The position numbers were made by a program, and so were the translations under genes. The notes under the pieces are model-generated. The model saw only the letters and a program-made list of their open reading frames with translations. It ran no database searches and was not told where the DNA came from. A stretch of DNA of 62,792 nucleotides, from the NCBI GenBank assembly GCA_964425715.1, contig CAYRNO010000003.1:1-62792 (forward strand). Reading direction: 5' to 3'. Below are positions 46,682 to 56,277 of this stretch, piece after piece (the first letter of the stretch is position 1; every line of letters begins with the position of its first letter). The stretch comes from an uncultured Candidatus Saccharibacteria bacterium (GTDB lineage: Bacteria > Patescibacteriota > Saccharimonadia > CAILAD01 > BJGX01).

Positions 46682-48166
46682 ATGAAGAGAAAGTGGCAGA
46701 TTATATTGGCGTCAGCAGGATTTCTGATCGGGATAATATTTGCAGCTAATTATGTAGTACGTGTTGTTTATCTAATTTTTATATGTCTTATATTAGCTTC
46801 TGTTGTTAGTTTGTTCGTAGTAAAGAGTAAGCTTGGATATATATTGCTTATCATAATTGGATTGCTTATGGGGATAGCAAGATTCGAATTCTATATCGAT
46901 ACAGTATTGCCAAGTGCTCAAAAGTTTGATGGTCAAAAAGTAAGTGTGGTCGGAAGAGTTAGTGGCGAACCAAGATGGGATGAATATCGCAATTACGTAT
47001 TTTATATGAGTGATGCAAGTATAGACCAAGCTCGTGTTGATGGTCTAGTCAGGATAAAGACTATGGCAGGGAATGTAAGAGAAGGCCAGGTAGTAAAAGC
47101 AACTGGAAAAATCAAAAACGGACAAGGTAAAGCCGATACTTATATTAGTTTTGCACAAGTTGATATTCTAAATAGCTCTCAACCACTAAATGTCCAAATT
47201 AAACAAATATTTATACAGGGACTACACAACACTCTGCCAGATGATTCTGTAGCATTTATGTCAGGGATACTTATAGGCTCTAGGAGCGCCTTGCCAAAAT
47301 CCTATACTGATATTTTATTGGCACTTGGTTTGAGTCATATAGTAGCTGTGTCTGGTTACAATCTTACAGTACTCATAGGTTTTTTGAATCGAAGACTATC
47401 TAAGAATTGGCGCTGGGGAGGGCTGATGGCATCTCTTTGGATCATACTTGGGTTTGTAATAATATCCGGTGCAAGTGCCTCAATACTTCGCGCGGGGATT
47501 ATGAGTTCGATATTCTTGATTGCAATTTACTACGGCAGAAGATTGAATCTGGTAGTTTGCTTATCAATAACTGCAGTTGCAATGATTGCTTTGCAGCCAC
47601 AGAGTTTGTTGAGCGACATGGGCTGGCAACTATCATTTTTGTCTCTGTTTGGTATTACCATTCTTGCGCCAAGAATTTCAAGAATTCTTCCATCCAAGCC
47701 AAGGTTGCTCAACGATATACTCGCCGTGACACTATCAGCACAAATAGCTACTGCTGGACTTGTCATCTATAAGTTTGGTCAAATAAGTCTTTTGGCTCCA
47801 CTAAGTAATCTAGTAGTGATTCCACTTGTACCAACTTTAATGCTTCTGGGTATATTGGCTGCTTTTGTGGGGATTGTATTGCCTCAGTTTGCTTTTATAT
47901 ACTTCGGAAGATTTATACACTATGTTTTTACGTTGCTGTTTGATTTCTTGGCCTATCTGTCCAATTGGCAAATATCTGTATATAAATTCAACAGTGTTAA
48001 GCTAACTACGGTAATAGTGTATTATGCATGTGTTTGTATATTTGCTCTTATGGTTCGGTCCAAGTCCGAATACTCGTTTATAGCTACAAATCATGATAAA
48101 ATTAATCGAGAAAATAATACTTTAGATAATGTGACTAGGAAAGGAGAATTAGGTGTCAGGACATAG
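46682..48166 (+). CDS. comEC: ComEC/Rec2 DNA internalisation channel (no beta-lactamase-like domain)
   Basis: 494 aa. N-terminal OB/DUF4131-like region plus the competence domain (LGLSHIVAVSGYNLTVL). Confidence 0.8.
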   Translation: MKRKWQIILASAGFLIGIIFAANYVVRVVYLIFICLILASVVSLFVVKSKLGYILLIIIGLLMGIARFEFYIDTVLPSAQKFDGQKVSVVGRVSGEPRWDEYRNYVFYMSDASIDQARVDGLVRIKTMAGNVREGQVVKATGKIKNGQGKADTYISFAQVDILNSSQPLNVQIKQIFIQGLHNTLPDDSVAFMSGILIGSRSALPKSYTDILLALGLSHIVAVSGYNLTVLIGFLNRRLSKNWRWGGLMASLWIILGFVIISGASASILRAGIMSSIFLIAIYYGRRLNLVVCLSITAVAMIALQPQSLLSDMGWQLSFLSLFGITILAPRISRILPSKPRLLNDILAVTLSAQIATAGLVIYKFGQISLLAPLSNLVVIPLVPTLMLLGILAAFVGIVLPQFAFIYFGRFIHYVFTLLFDFLAYLSNWQISVYKFNSVKLTTVIVYYACVCIFALMVRSKSEYSFIATNHDKINRENNTLDNVTRKGELGVRT

Positions 48167-48887
48167 TAAATGGCATTCTATCAAACACAAAAAAGGTGCT
48201 GCTGATGCCAAACGCGGTAAAATATTTACAAAGCTTGGTCATGAGATAGCTATCGCAGCTCGTGATGGTGCTGATCCTAGCATGAATTTCAAGTTGAGAT
48301 TGGCTGTACAAAAAGCAAAAGCTGCAAATATGCCAGCAGCAAATATCGAGCGTTCTATTGCTCGCGGGGCAGGAACCGGAGAAAGTGCAGCTCTAGAAGA
48401 GCTCAACTACGAAGGCTACGGTCCGGCTGGAGTAGCCATAATGGCACGGGCACTGACTGACAATCGTAATCGTACTGGACCCGAGATAAAATCTACTTTT
48501 ACAAAGTTCGGTGGCAACTTGGGTGCGACAGGCTCAGTAGCTTATTTGTTTGAACAAAAGGGCATAATAGTTTGCAAACCAGGCATAGACAAAGACGAAG
48601 TTACACTCAAAGCAATAGATGCTGGCGCTGCTGATGTCGATGACAGTGGTGATCAAGTAATAGTCTATACCAAACCAAACGAGCTCGAGCAGATTCGCGA
48701 AAAGCTAGGTGAAGATGTAGAATCTGCGGATGTAGAAATGAGTCCAAGTCAAACTATCTCAGTGGATGATGTAAAAAAAGCTCAAACACTTATAAAGCTC
48801 ATAGATGCACTAGATGATATCGATGACGTAGTCTCTGTTACCGCCAACTATGATATAAGTGATGAGATAATGAACCAACTTAGCTAA
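48153..48887 (+). CDS. yebC: YebC/PmpR-family transcriptional regulator
   Basis: 244 aa. MSGHSKWHSIKHKKG N-terminus. GTG start overlapping the comEC end. Confidence 0.92.
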   Translation: MSGHSKWHSIKHKKGAADAKRGKIFTKLGHEIAIAARDGADPSMNFKLRLAVQKAKAANMPAANIERSIARGAGTGESAALEELNYEGYGPAGVAIMARALTDNRNRTGPEIKSTFTKFGGNLGATGSVAYLFEQKGIIVCKPGIDKDEVTLKAIDAGAADVDDSGDQVIVYTKPNELEQIREKLGEDVESADVEMSPSQTISVDDVKKAQTLIKLIDALDDIDDVVSVTANYDISDEIMNQLS

Positions 48888-48890
48888 CTC

Positions 48891-49364
48891 ATGAAGATTC
48901 TTGGCATTGACCCAGGGACTGCTACTACTGGCTTTGGTGTGATTGAAAAAAATGCTGGCAAATTAATATCTATAGACTGCGGAGTATTCTCTACACCAAA
49001 AGAATTGCCTATGAGCAATAGACTGCTTATTATCTATGAAGATATCAAAGAGATAATAGACCATCACAAACCAGACGTTATAGCTGTAGAGCAGCTATTC
49101 TTTGCACGTAACGTCACGACAGCTATCACTGTCGGACAAGCTCGAGGGGTAGTGTTGCTAGCAGCTCAAAAATCCGATTTGAAACTTTTAGAATTCACCC
49201 CTCTGCAGGTCAAACAGTCAGTCACGGGCTATGGTCAAGCTACCAAAAAGCAAGTACAGGAAATGGTAAAAAAGATATTAAATTTGGACAAAATACCAAA
49301 ACCAGATGATGCGGCTGATGCGCTTGCTATAGCGATATGTGCTAGCAATACAAAGCTATTATGA
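48891..49364 (+). CDS. ruvC: Holliday junction resolvase RuvC
   Basis: 157 aa. ILGIDPGTATTGFGV. Confidence 0.9.
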   Translation: MKILGIDPGTATTGFGVIEKNAGKLISIDCGVFSTPKELPMSNRLLIIYEDIKEIIDHHKPDVIAVEQLFFARNVTTAITVGQARGVVLLAAQKSDLKLLEFTPLQVKQSVTGYGQATKKQVQEMVKKILNLDKIPKPDDAADALAIAICASNTKLL

Positions 49365-50146
49365 AAAATAACTACACTCTCAATTATAAAATAGTAGGCA
49401 TGGGTCCAGTGGTGGTGATGTTGCACGGTCTAGCTGGCACTAGTCAGTATTTCGATCGAATCACTAAATACATAGATAACCGTACAATTATTAGTATAGA
49501 CTTGCTGGGTTTTGGAGATTCGCCGAAGCCGAGTCACATCAAATATACTATCGAGGATCATACAAGAGCTATCAAGAATACTCTACAAAACTTAAAAATC
49601 AAAAAACCTTTTGACATCCTTGGCGTCTCGATGGGTGCAATCTTGGCTTTAGAATATGCAAAGAAATACCCTCAGAACATACGATCGATTGTATTAGTTT
49701 CGCCGACCCTCTATTCGAGCCCTTCGATTGCTAGAAAAAAAATCGATGAAACGCGCGCACCTAATATACTAATGTTCGGACCAGTTGCCAAATTTGTGTG
49801 CAAAAACATTTGTGCTAGACAAAATCTAGCTAAGAAACTAAATCCAGTATTTATGCGTCATATACCAAAGGACGTAGCTAAAACTGTTTGTGAGCATTCT
49901 TGGGAATCATATTCATGTTCAATGCAAAATGTAGTCATCAATCAATCGGGGCAAGATATCTCCAAAGTATCAAAAATTCCTCTTTATATTTTTTATGACA
50001 AGAAGGACAACTTAATAGAACAAGATCTCTTAGAAGGATTAGTCGATCATGGTAATAATATAGAGATAACCTATATTGCTGGAGGTCATGGAATGCTTGT
50101 CAATAATACTGCTCTGGTGGCTGAGCAACTCAATCGTTTGCTATAA
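49361..50146 (+). CDS. alpha/beta hydrolase
   Basis: 261 aa. HGLAGT and GVSMGA nucleophile elbow. 4-nt overlap with ruvC. Confidence 0.8.
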   Translation: MKNNYTLNYKIVGMGPVVVMLHGLAGTSQYFDRITKYIDNRTIISIDLLGFGDSPKPSHIKYTIEDHTRAIKNTLQNLKIKKPFDILGVSMGAILALEYAKKYPQNIRSIVLVSPTLYSSPSIARKKIDETRAPNILMFGPVAKFVCKNICARQNLAKKLNPVFMRHIPKDVAKTVCEHSWESYSCSMQNVVINQSGQDISKVSKIPLYIFYDKKDNLIEQDLLEGLVDHGNNIEITYIAGGHGMLVNNTALVAEQLNRLL

Positions 50147-50153
50147 TATAAGA

Positions 50154-50714
50154 ATGATTGCGAAAATAAACGGAACAATAACAGATATTTTATCTGGGGG
50201 TGTCATCGTTGATGTATCCGGAATAGGTTATGAAGTATTATTGACGGATACTCATAGGGATGATATTTCACTGAACTCAACTATCAGTCTTTATATCGCT
50301 GAAAACATCAAGGAAGATGAGCATACATTGTATGGTTTCCCCGATCTAGATACAAGAACGTTATATTATCAACTCACATCAGTGAGTGGTGTCGGTCCAA
50401 AGGCTGCGATGTCGATTCTTTCTGCTCATCAAACCGACGAAGTTGCTCAGGCCATACTCAGAGATAATATTGGATTATTCTCTAGTGTCAGCGGTATAGG
50501 CAAGAAAACTGCCCAAAGAATCATCTTGGATCTAAAAGGTAAGTTGGTAAATATTGAAGAAAAATCAGTGTTTGATACAAGCGATGCAGCATACAAGGCT
50601 CTTATTAGTCTTGGCTATAGAGCCAGTGATGCCAAGGATGCCCTCAGCGGTATATCAAGTGATTTGAATACACAAGAAAGGGTAAAGCAAGCACTCAAGG
50701 GGGACGGCAAATGA
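50154..50714 (+). CDS. ruvA: Holliday junction helicase subunit RuvA
   Basis: 186 aa from the ATG at 50154 (MIAKINGTI...). HhH motifs GVGPKAA and GIGKKTAQRI. Confidence 0.9.
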   Translation: MIAKINGTITDILSGGVIVDVSGIGYEVLLTDTHRDDISLNSTISLYIAENIKEDEHTLYGFPDLDTRTLYYQLTSVSGVGPKAAMSILSAHQTDEVAQAILRDNIGLFSSVSGIGKKTAQRIILDLKGKLVNIEEKSVFDTSDAAYKALISLGYRASDAKDALSGISSDLNTQERVKQALKGDGK

Positions 50715-51754
50715 TAGAGCGCAATGAATCTAGTGCAGTAAAAAACGAAGATACGATTGATACTCCAGATGAGCACAAATTTGAAGATAGCCTTAGACCA
50801 AAAGATTTTGCAGAATACATAGGTCAAGAACAGATAAAGAAAGGGCTAAATTTGGCAATAACCGCTGCAAAACAAAGAGGCGAAACTATTGATCACGTAT
50901 TGCTATATGGTCCACCGGGACTCGGCAAAACTACTTTGGCTTATGTAATAGCCAATGAAATGGGTCGTCAAGTAAAGGTCACTAGTGGACCAGCTATAGA
51001 GCGTGCAGCTGATTTGGCTGCACTACTGACCAATCTAGAAGAAGGTGATATTTTATTTATCGATGAGATTCATCGGTTGCCAAGAGCTATCGAAGAGATA
51101 CTGTATCCAGCAATGGAAGACTATGTGATAGACATAATGCTTGGCAAAGGACCATCGGCTCAAAGTCTACGCTTGGACTTGCCGAAATTTACCTTGGTAG
51201 GAGCTACTACAAGATTCGGTGCACTATCAGGACCTATGCGCGATAGATTTGGGATAGTAAATCGTCTTGAATATTATACTCCAGAACAAATTGAAAAGAT
51301 TATTGAACGTTCTGCTAAGATTCTTGAGATATCAATAGATCAAAATGCCATGGAGCAAATGTCACGTCGTGCTAGGCTGACTCCTCGTATAGCAAATAGA
51401 CTTATTCGCAGGGTTCGTGATTACGCTCAAGTACACGGATCAGGAACTATAGATAGCAATGCACTCAGCAATACTCTTCAGCTTCTTGATATTGATGAAC
51501 ACGGATTAGAAAGTGCAGACAGAAAAGTACTTAGTATCATAGTAGATCAATACAACGGCGGTCCAGTAGGTGTTGCAGCGATAGCGGCGGCCACGGGGGA
51601 AGAACGTCAAACGATCGAAGATGTGTACGAGCCATATCTCATCCAGATAGGCATGCTTCAAAGATCCCATAGAGGCCGCATAGCGACAGATGCTGCTTTT
51701 GATCATCTCAAGAAAAGCAAGAATGTCAGTGGTAAACAAAATAAACTTTTATAA
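50711..51754 (+). CDS. ruvB: Holliday junction helicase RuvB
   Basis: 347 aa. GPPGLGKTT, FIDEIHRL. Confidence 0.95.
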   Translation: MIERNESSAVKNEDTIDTPDEHKFEDSLRPKDFAEYIGQEQIKKGLNLAITAAKQRGETIDHVLLYGPPGLGKTTLAYVIANEMGRQVKVTSGPAIERAADLAALLTNLEEGDILFIDEIHRLPRAIEEILYPAMEDYVIDIMLGKGPSAQSLRLDLPKFTLVGATTRFGALSGPMRDRFGIVNRLEYYTPEQIEKIIERSAKILEISIDQNAMEQMSRRARLTPRIANRLIRRVRDYAQVHGSGTIDSNALSNTLQLLDIDEHGLESADRKVLSIIVDQYNGGPVGVAAIAAATGEERQTIEDVYEPYLIQIGMLQRSHRGRIATDAAFDHLKKSKNVSGKQNKLL

Positions 51755-51785
51755 TTCAACCTAATATGATAGAATAACCGAAATT

Positions 51786-52409
51786 ATGGATACTCAAAAC
51801 AATTACAATCACCACGACAGTCATCATCGCTCTAGACCCCTAAGAGAGGGCTTGAGGACTATGTTCAAGCAAAGTAGATACTATCCAGGACAACCTAGAG
51901 AAGAGATAACACAAAGAGTGGTTTCTAAGCACATTATGTCTATCATTCCGTTTTTAGCGGCTATATTTCTATTGGCCATTGCAGGAATCGTTGGCTCTTA
52001 TTACCTAGGTATTTATCAGGCCAGTATTTCAGATGCACTTACATTGACGCTTATCAATCTCGGTGGTTTCTTGTTTATGGTATTATTGGTATTTCTGTTC
52101 TTTTCAATTCTTTGGATATGGCGTAGAAACAAGCTTGTGATTACAAACGAGCATATCGTAGATATTGATCAGACAGGTCTATTCAATAGGCGTGTGTCTG
52201 CGCTTCGTCTTGAAGAAATACAAGACATCTCTGCCAAAATTTTGGGACCCAGCCAAACTATTTTTCAGTATGGTACCCTGACTATTCAGACAGCTGGAGA
52301 GCGTAAGAATTTTATTATGGATTATATCTATGATCCTTTTGAGTTAGAGCATTATATATTAGAAACACGTAAGAAATATTACGAATCAGATCAGGAAAAT
52401 CCTCTATAA
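51786..52409 (+). CDS. membrane protein with bacterial PH domain (bPH_2/DUF304)
   Basis: 207 aa. Two TM helices followed by a VITNEHIVDID...TLTIQTAG pattern. Confidence 0.7.
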   Translation: MDTQNNYNHHDSHHRSRPLREGLRTMFKQSRYYPGQPREEITQRVVSKHIMSIIPFLAAIFLLAIAGIVGSYYLGIYQASISDALTLTLINLGGFLFMVLLVFLFFSILWIWRRNKLVITNEHIVDIDQTGLFNRRVSALRLEEIQDISAKILGPSQTIFQYGTLTIQTAGERKNFIMDYIYDPFELEHYILETRKKYYESDQENPL

Positions 52410-53456
52410 TAATCTGTGCGCCAGAGCGATTGCTCCAGAAAACTTTGGAAGTCGAGACTTTGGAATAGGCTTGAGAGGGTATAAACTAGTTTCTGCCCAT
52501 GGATCTAAGGTATCGATATTTAAACTGGACTGATTACTCAGGCTTTCTAAGAATCCTTGCATACCCACGATACTGCCGGTGATGAAGATATTTATATCGG
52601 AGATATTATCTATGTTAAATATCTCAGCGCTATCTTCGGCAAATTGTTTTATATTTTTTGATAGTTGATCTAACTCATCAGACAAAATTATTTCTATCTT
52701 ATTTGACAATTGACTGCCTCTAATTCCTACTTTTTTTTGTATATCCATAGCTTTGTTGATAGATACGTTTAGCTCTTGAGAGATTTTATTTGTAATATTT
52801 GATCCACCAAGATTTATTCTTCTTTCAATACAACTATTGTCATTACAAAAATATGCCCTAGTAATATTGTGTCCAATATCTATCAACATGCTAGCTTTAT
52901 TGTTTTGATTATATATATTTGATAACTGTCTAGATGTAGAAGAGTTGTATGAGGATACCTTGAATCTTCCTAGCTCTATATATCTTTTAAAATTGTTATA
53001 AAAATTTATATCAATTATTTCGACCATATATAGTTGGGCTGAGTTCGGTGCATTTGGTTTTGTCTCAATTGGGTGATAATCGAAGTAGAAATCTCTAGGG
53101 TTAAGGTTTAGTTTGGAAGACATAAATCTTTGCACAGCTTTATCGATATCTATATTATCTAAAATCTCTAGACTGGCAAAATGATTGCGGCCGATATGTC
53201 TTGGGAGGCTTAGATTAATTTCATCTGCTTTGAAATCTCCAAGGATTGGAGTTTCTAATAATTTTGTAATATTTCTGTACAAAGATCTAGGAGTTATGTC
53301 GGCTGTACTATTATTTGTTAGTTCTGCATAGGCAACCAATCTTGTACTTTTGCCATCATGAGACAATTCTACTGCCTTGATGCTGTTAGTACCTACATCT
53401 ATTCCAACTATGGAATCTGTCTTACGATTTCGTAATAGATCTATGTTAGTTTTCAT
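52404..53456 (-). CDS. pilM: type IV pilus assembly protein PilM (actin-like ATPase)
   Basis: 350 aa. VGIDVGTNSIKAVEL. Confidence 0.8.
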   Translation of the reverse strand: MKTNIDLLRNRKTDSIVGIDVGTNSIKAVELSHDGKSTRLVAYAELTNNSTADITPRSLYRNITKLLETPILGDFKADEINLSLPRHIGRNHFASLEILDNIDIDKAVQRFMSSKLNLNPRDFYFDYHPIETKPNAPNSAQLYMVEIIDINFYNNFKRYIELGRFKVSSYNSSTSRQLSNIYNQNNKASMLIDIGHNITRAYFCNDNSCIERRINLGGSNITNKISQELNVSINKAMDIQKKVGIRGSQLSNKIEIILSDELDQLSKNIKQFAEDSAEIFNIDNISDINIFITGSIVGMQGFLESLSNQSSLNIDTLDPWAETSLYPLKPIPKSRLPKFSGAIALAHRLL

Positions 53457-53478
53457 TTGTGTAGATTATAATATAAGG

Positions 53479-53904
53479 TCAGTTTGAGCTGTTGATCTCA
53501 TAAATATTGGAGGTACCAGACTTGACGTCTTTGTCGCCATCATTCTCAAGAGTAACTTTTATCAAATAATTACTAGGCGGGTTTCCAGTAGTTGTATATA
53601 CGTATGCTTCTTTTGTCTTTGGGTCTACGGGTAATGTCTTGATATAAGGTGTCGTTCCTTCTGTCAGTACATTGAGACTAGTAGGATAGAAATTATTGTC
53701 ATTATAGTAAGTCTCTAAGGCAGTCTTGATAGTCCTCATATCGGCTTTGCGTTGACTATCGCGCGCTCTTGCAGGACCAGAGAGAAGATTTGGAACTATA
53801 ATTATTGCTAGTACAAATATTATGACTATCACAATAAGCATTTCTAGCAAAGTAAAGCCTTTTTGTGGTTTAGATCTTTTTAATATATTCATTGCTCTTT
53901 CCAT
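53479..53904 (-). CDS. type IV pilin / GspG-like pseudopilin
   Basis: 141 aa. Prepilin motif KGFTLLEMLIV, then ARDSQRKADMRTI. The start may be the ATG at 53892. Confidence 0.88.
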   Translation of the reverse strand: MERAMNILKRSKPQKGFTLLEMLIVIVIIFVLAIIIVPNLLSGPARARDSQRKADMRTIKTALETYYNDNNFYPTSLNVLTEGTTPYIKTLPVDPKTKEAYVYTTTGNPPSNYLIKVTLENDGDKDVKSGTSNIYEINSSN

Positions 53905-54042
53905 CTCTATGATTAGTTTATTGTAATCCTGTTGTGCTTATGTGGTCAAGTCTAATAAAATTTTATGATTTTAGTTACGCTTTACTTTCGGCAAATCATC
54001 AATATATAATTTCAAATAATAATTCATAAAATAGGGGGTGAG

Positions 54043-55338
54043 ATGAAGGTTCAGCTTATAATATTGGGTTTAATAATATCTTGTTATAGTTTGTTTTTGC
54101 CAATGCAGACAGAAGCTTCAAATTCAGATGTTGTTATTTCTGAGTTGAGTATGGGTAGCGCTACTTCAGCAACAGAAGAGTTTGTAGAATTATACAATAA
54201 CTCAGATAATTCGATAACTATTGCAAACTGGTCAATATACTATCGTTCAGCCTCGGGCACTACTTATTCAAAAAAAGCTAGTTTGACAGTTACGGCAGAT
54301 ATTCAACCGCATAGTTTTTATTTGATTAGCACAAACTCTACAAATAATGCCTTACTTATTTCGGGTATGGCACAGACCGGAGGGGTTGTTGAGCTTCGAG
54401 ATGATAAGGGTAATGTATTAGACAGAGTTGGCTATGGTAATGCCAATCTATCAAATGGCAAACCGGCTGCAGCTGCTCAAGCTGGCGAGAGTATTTATCG
54501 ACAGTACGATGAATCTAATCGAAGCATGATAAACACAGGTGATAATTTGTCGGATTTTTATATTACATCACTTCTAAGCCCAGGAGCCATACCAACCCAA
54601 GAAATCGAGGAACAAATTGATACGATAAACTATCCAAATATACAAATTAACGAAATATATCCCAATCCCAACCCTGAGCAGTCAGAAAGTATTGATGAAT
54701 ATATTGAATTGTTTAATCCCAATGATTTCCCAGTTGACATAAGTGGGTGGCTATTAAAAGATAGCTCCGGCAAAACTTATATTATTAAGAATACATCAAT
54801 TGAGGCAAAAGGATTTTTGAGTTTCAATAGTGGTGAAACAAATATATCACTCAATAATACAGGTGATGTAGTCGAATTATATAGTCCAAATTCTGAGCTC
54901 AAAGATCAGACACAGGATTATGGTGATGCCAAAGAAGGTTTGAGCTGGGGATTGGTCAACGGAGAATGGGCATGGAACAACTCAACTACACCAGGGGCTA
55001 CTAATTCTACAATATATATAGAGACCATTGCTCCAAAAGCAATTGCATCTAAATCAAGCAATGCCAAAAAAACTACTGCAAAAAAAGTAGCAACCGCAAA
55101 GAAAGCTACTGCAAATAAACCAAAGGCCACAAAATTGAAATCCAACAAAGCTCAGGCAAGCAGCTCTGGTAGTGAGACCGAAAATGCTCCAGAAATACAA
55201 TCAAAATTTGCAAATATCTGGCCATGGTTGATGATTGTACTCGGAACAGCTACCATAGGGTATGGAATATATGAATACCGACCAGAAATCACTAACACTT
55301 ACTTGCGACTTAAGAAAAAGTTCGGCTCTAGCAGCTAA
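54043..55338 (+). CDS. secreted protein with two lamin-tail domains, Lys/Ala-rich tail and C-terminal TM anchor
   Basis: 431 aa. Signal peptide. VVISEL...EFVELYN...ANWSIYY and IQINEIYPNP...EYIELFNP...ISGWLLKD. KKTTAKKVATAKKATANKPKATK tail. Confidence 0.75.
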   Translation: MKVQLIILGLIISCYSLFLPMQTEASNSDVVISELSMGSATSATEEFVELYNNSDNSITIANWSIYYRSASGTTYSKKASLTVTADIQPHSFYLISTNSTNNALLISGMAQTGGVVELRDDKGNVLDRVGYGNANLSNGKPAAAAQAGESIYRQYDESNRSMINTGDNLSDFYITSLLSPGAIPTQEIEEQIDTINYPNIQINEIYPNPNPEQSESIDEYIELFNPNDFPVDISGWLLKDSSGKTYIIKNTSIEAKGFLSFNSGETNISLNNTGDVVELYSPNSELKDQTQDYGDAKEGLSWGLVNGEWAWNNSTTPGATNSTIYIETIAPKAIASKSSNAKKTTAKKVATAKKATANKPKATKLKSNKAQASSSGSETENAPEIQSKFANIWPWLMIVLGTATIGYGIYEYRPEITNTYLRLKKKFGSSS

Positions 55339-55741
55339 GCTTGCAAAGTCTATAGACACACCTCAGCTAATAGAGCTAGTAGGCGATTTGGGTGGTGGAA
55401 AAACTGCCTTTACCAAGTCATTAGGTAAATCGCTTGGGGTAGAACAAACTATTACAAGCCCGACTTTTAATATTCACAGAAGCTACAAATACCCAGGCGG
55501 AGTATTGGAACACTTTGATCTATACAGGCTAGACAATGACGAGATAGTCCAAAATGAACTTTTAGAATGTGTCGAAAACCCAAATGCAGTTGTAGTAGTT
55601 GAATGGGCCGGACATTTTCAGGCGCATATGGCTAAAGACAGACTGGTCATAGGATTTAAATACAAAGATGAAGATACGAGAATAATCAAGATAAGTGCGA
55701 CTGGTCCGAAAAGCCAAAAATTATTGGAGGTATTGATATGA
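55262..55741 (+). CDS. tsaE: tRNA t6A biosynthesis ATPase TsaE
   Basis: 159 aa. GDLGGGKTAFTK P-loop. Overlaps the preceding gene by 68-77 nt, depending on which start is used. Confidence 0.85.
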   Translation: MEYMNTDQKSLTLTCDLRKSSALAAKLAKSIDTPQLIELVGDLGGGKTAFTKSLGKSLGVEQTITSPTFNIHRSYKYPGGVLEHFDLYRLDNDEIVQNELLECVENPNAVVVVEWAGHFQAHMAKDRLVIGFKYKDEDTRIIKISATGPKSQKLLEVLI

Positions 55742-56130
55742 TACTAGCTTTACGAACAGACAAGCCTCTTGCAGAACTTTACCTAATAGCTGACAGTTCA
55801 GAACAAATAGATTGTTATAAGTGGGAAGCAAATAGACAGCTGGCTGATGAATTGTTGCCAGCAATTCAAAAGATTGTCATAAGTAATAAGTATCATCTGC
55901 AAGATATAGATGGAATAGTAGTATTTACGGGCGAAGGATCATTTACTGGATTGCGTATCGGTACAACCGTAGCAAATACTTTGGCTTACTCACTTGAGAT
56001 ACCTATTGTAGATTCGATTGGTGAAGATTGGTTGGCAGCTGGAGTGATTAAACTTGAAAAAGCAAAACCTGGTAACTATGTAGCTCCCAAATACTCATCA
56101 GAACCAAATATCACCAAGCCAAAAGCTTGA
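55738..56130 (+). CDS. tsaB: TsaB (YeaZ)-like protein, N-terminal domain only
   Basis: 130 aa. GEGSFTGLRIGTTVANTLAY. Confidence 0.75.
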   Translation: MILALRTDKPLAELYLIADSSEQIDCYKWEANRQLADELLPAIQKIVISNKYHLQDIDGIVVFTGEGSFTGLRIGTTVANTLAYSLEIPIVDSIGEDWLAAGVIKLEKAKPGNYVAPKYSSEPNITKPKA

Positions 56131-56277
56131 TTATTGCTATATAAAAGACAATAATGAAATTAGTCTGAAACGCTTTATATCTCTGCAGCTCTTTTAGCAA
56201 AAAAGAATAAACAATTTAATATTAAATCACTCAGCACAGGATTGCCTATTATCAGCTGAGAATCAGGAGAGTGAATT

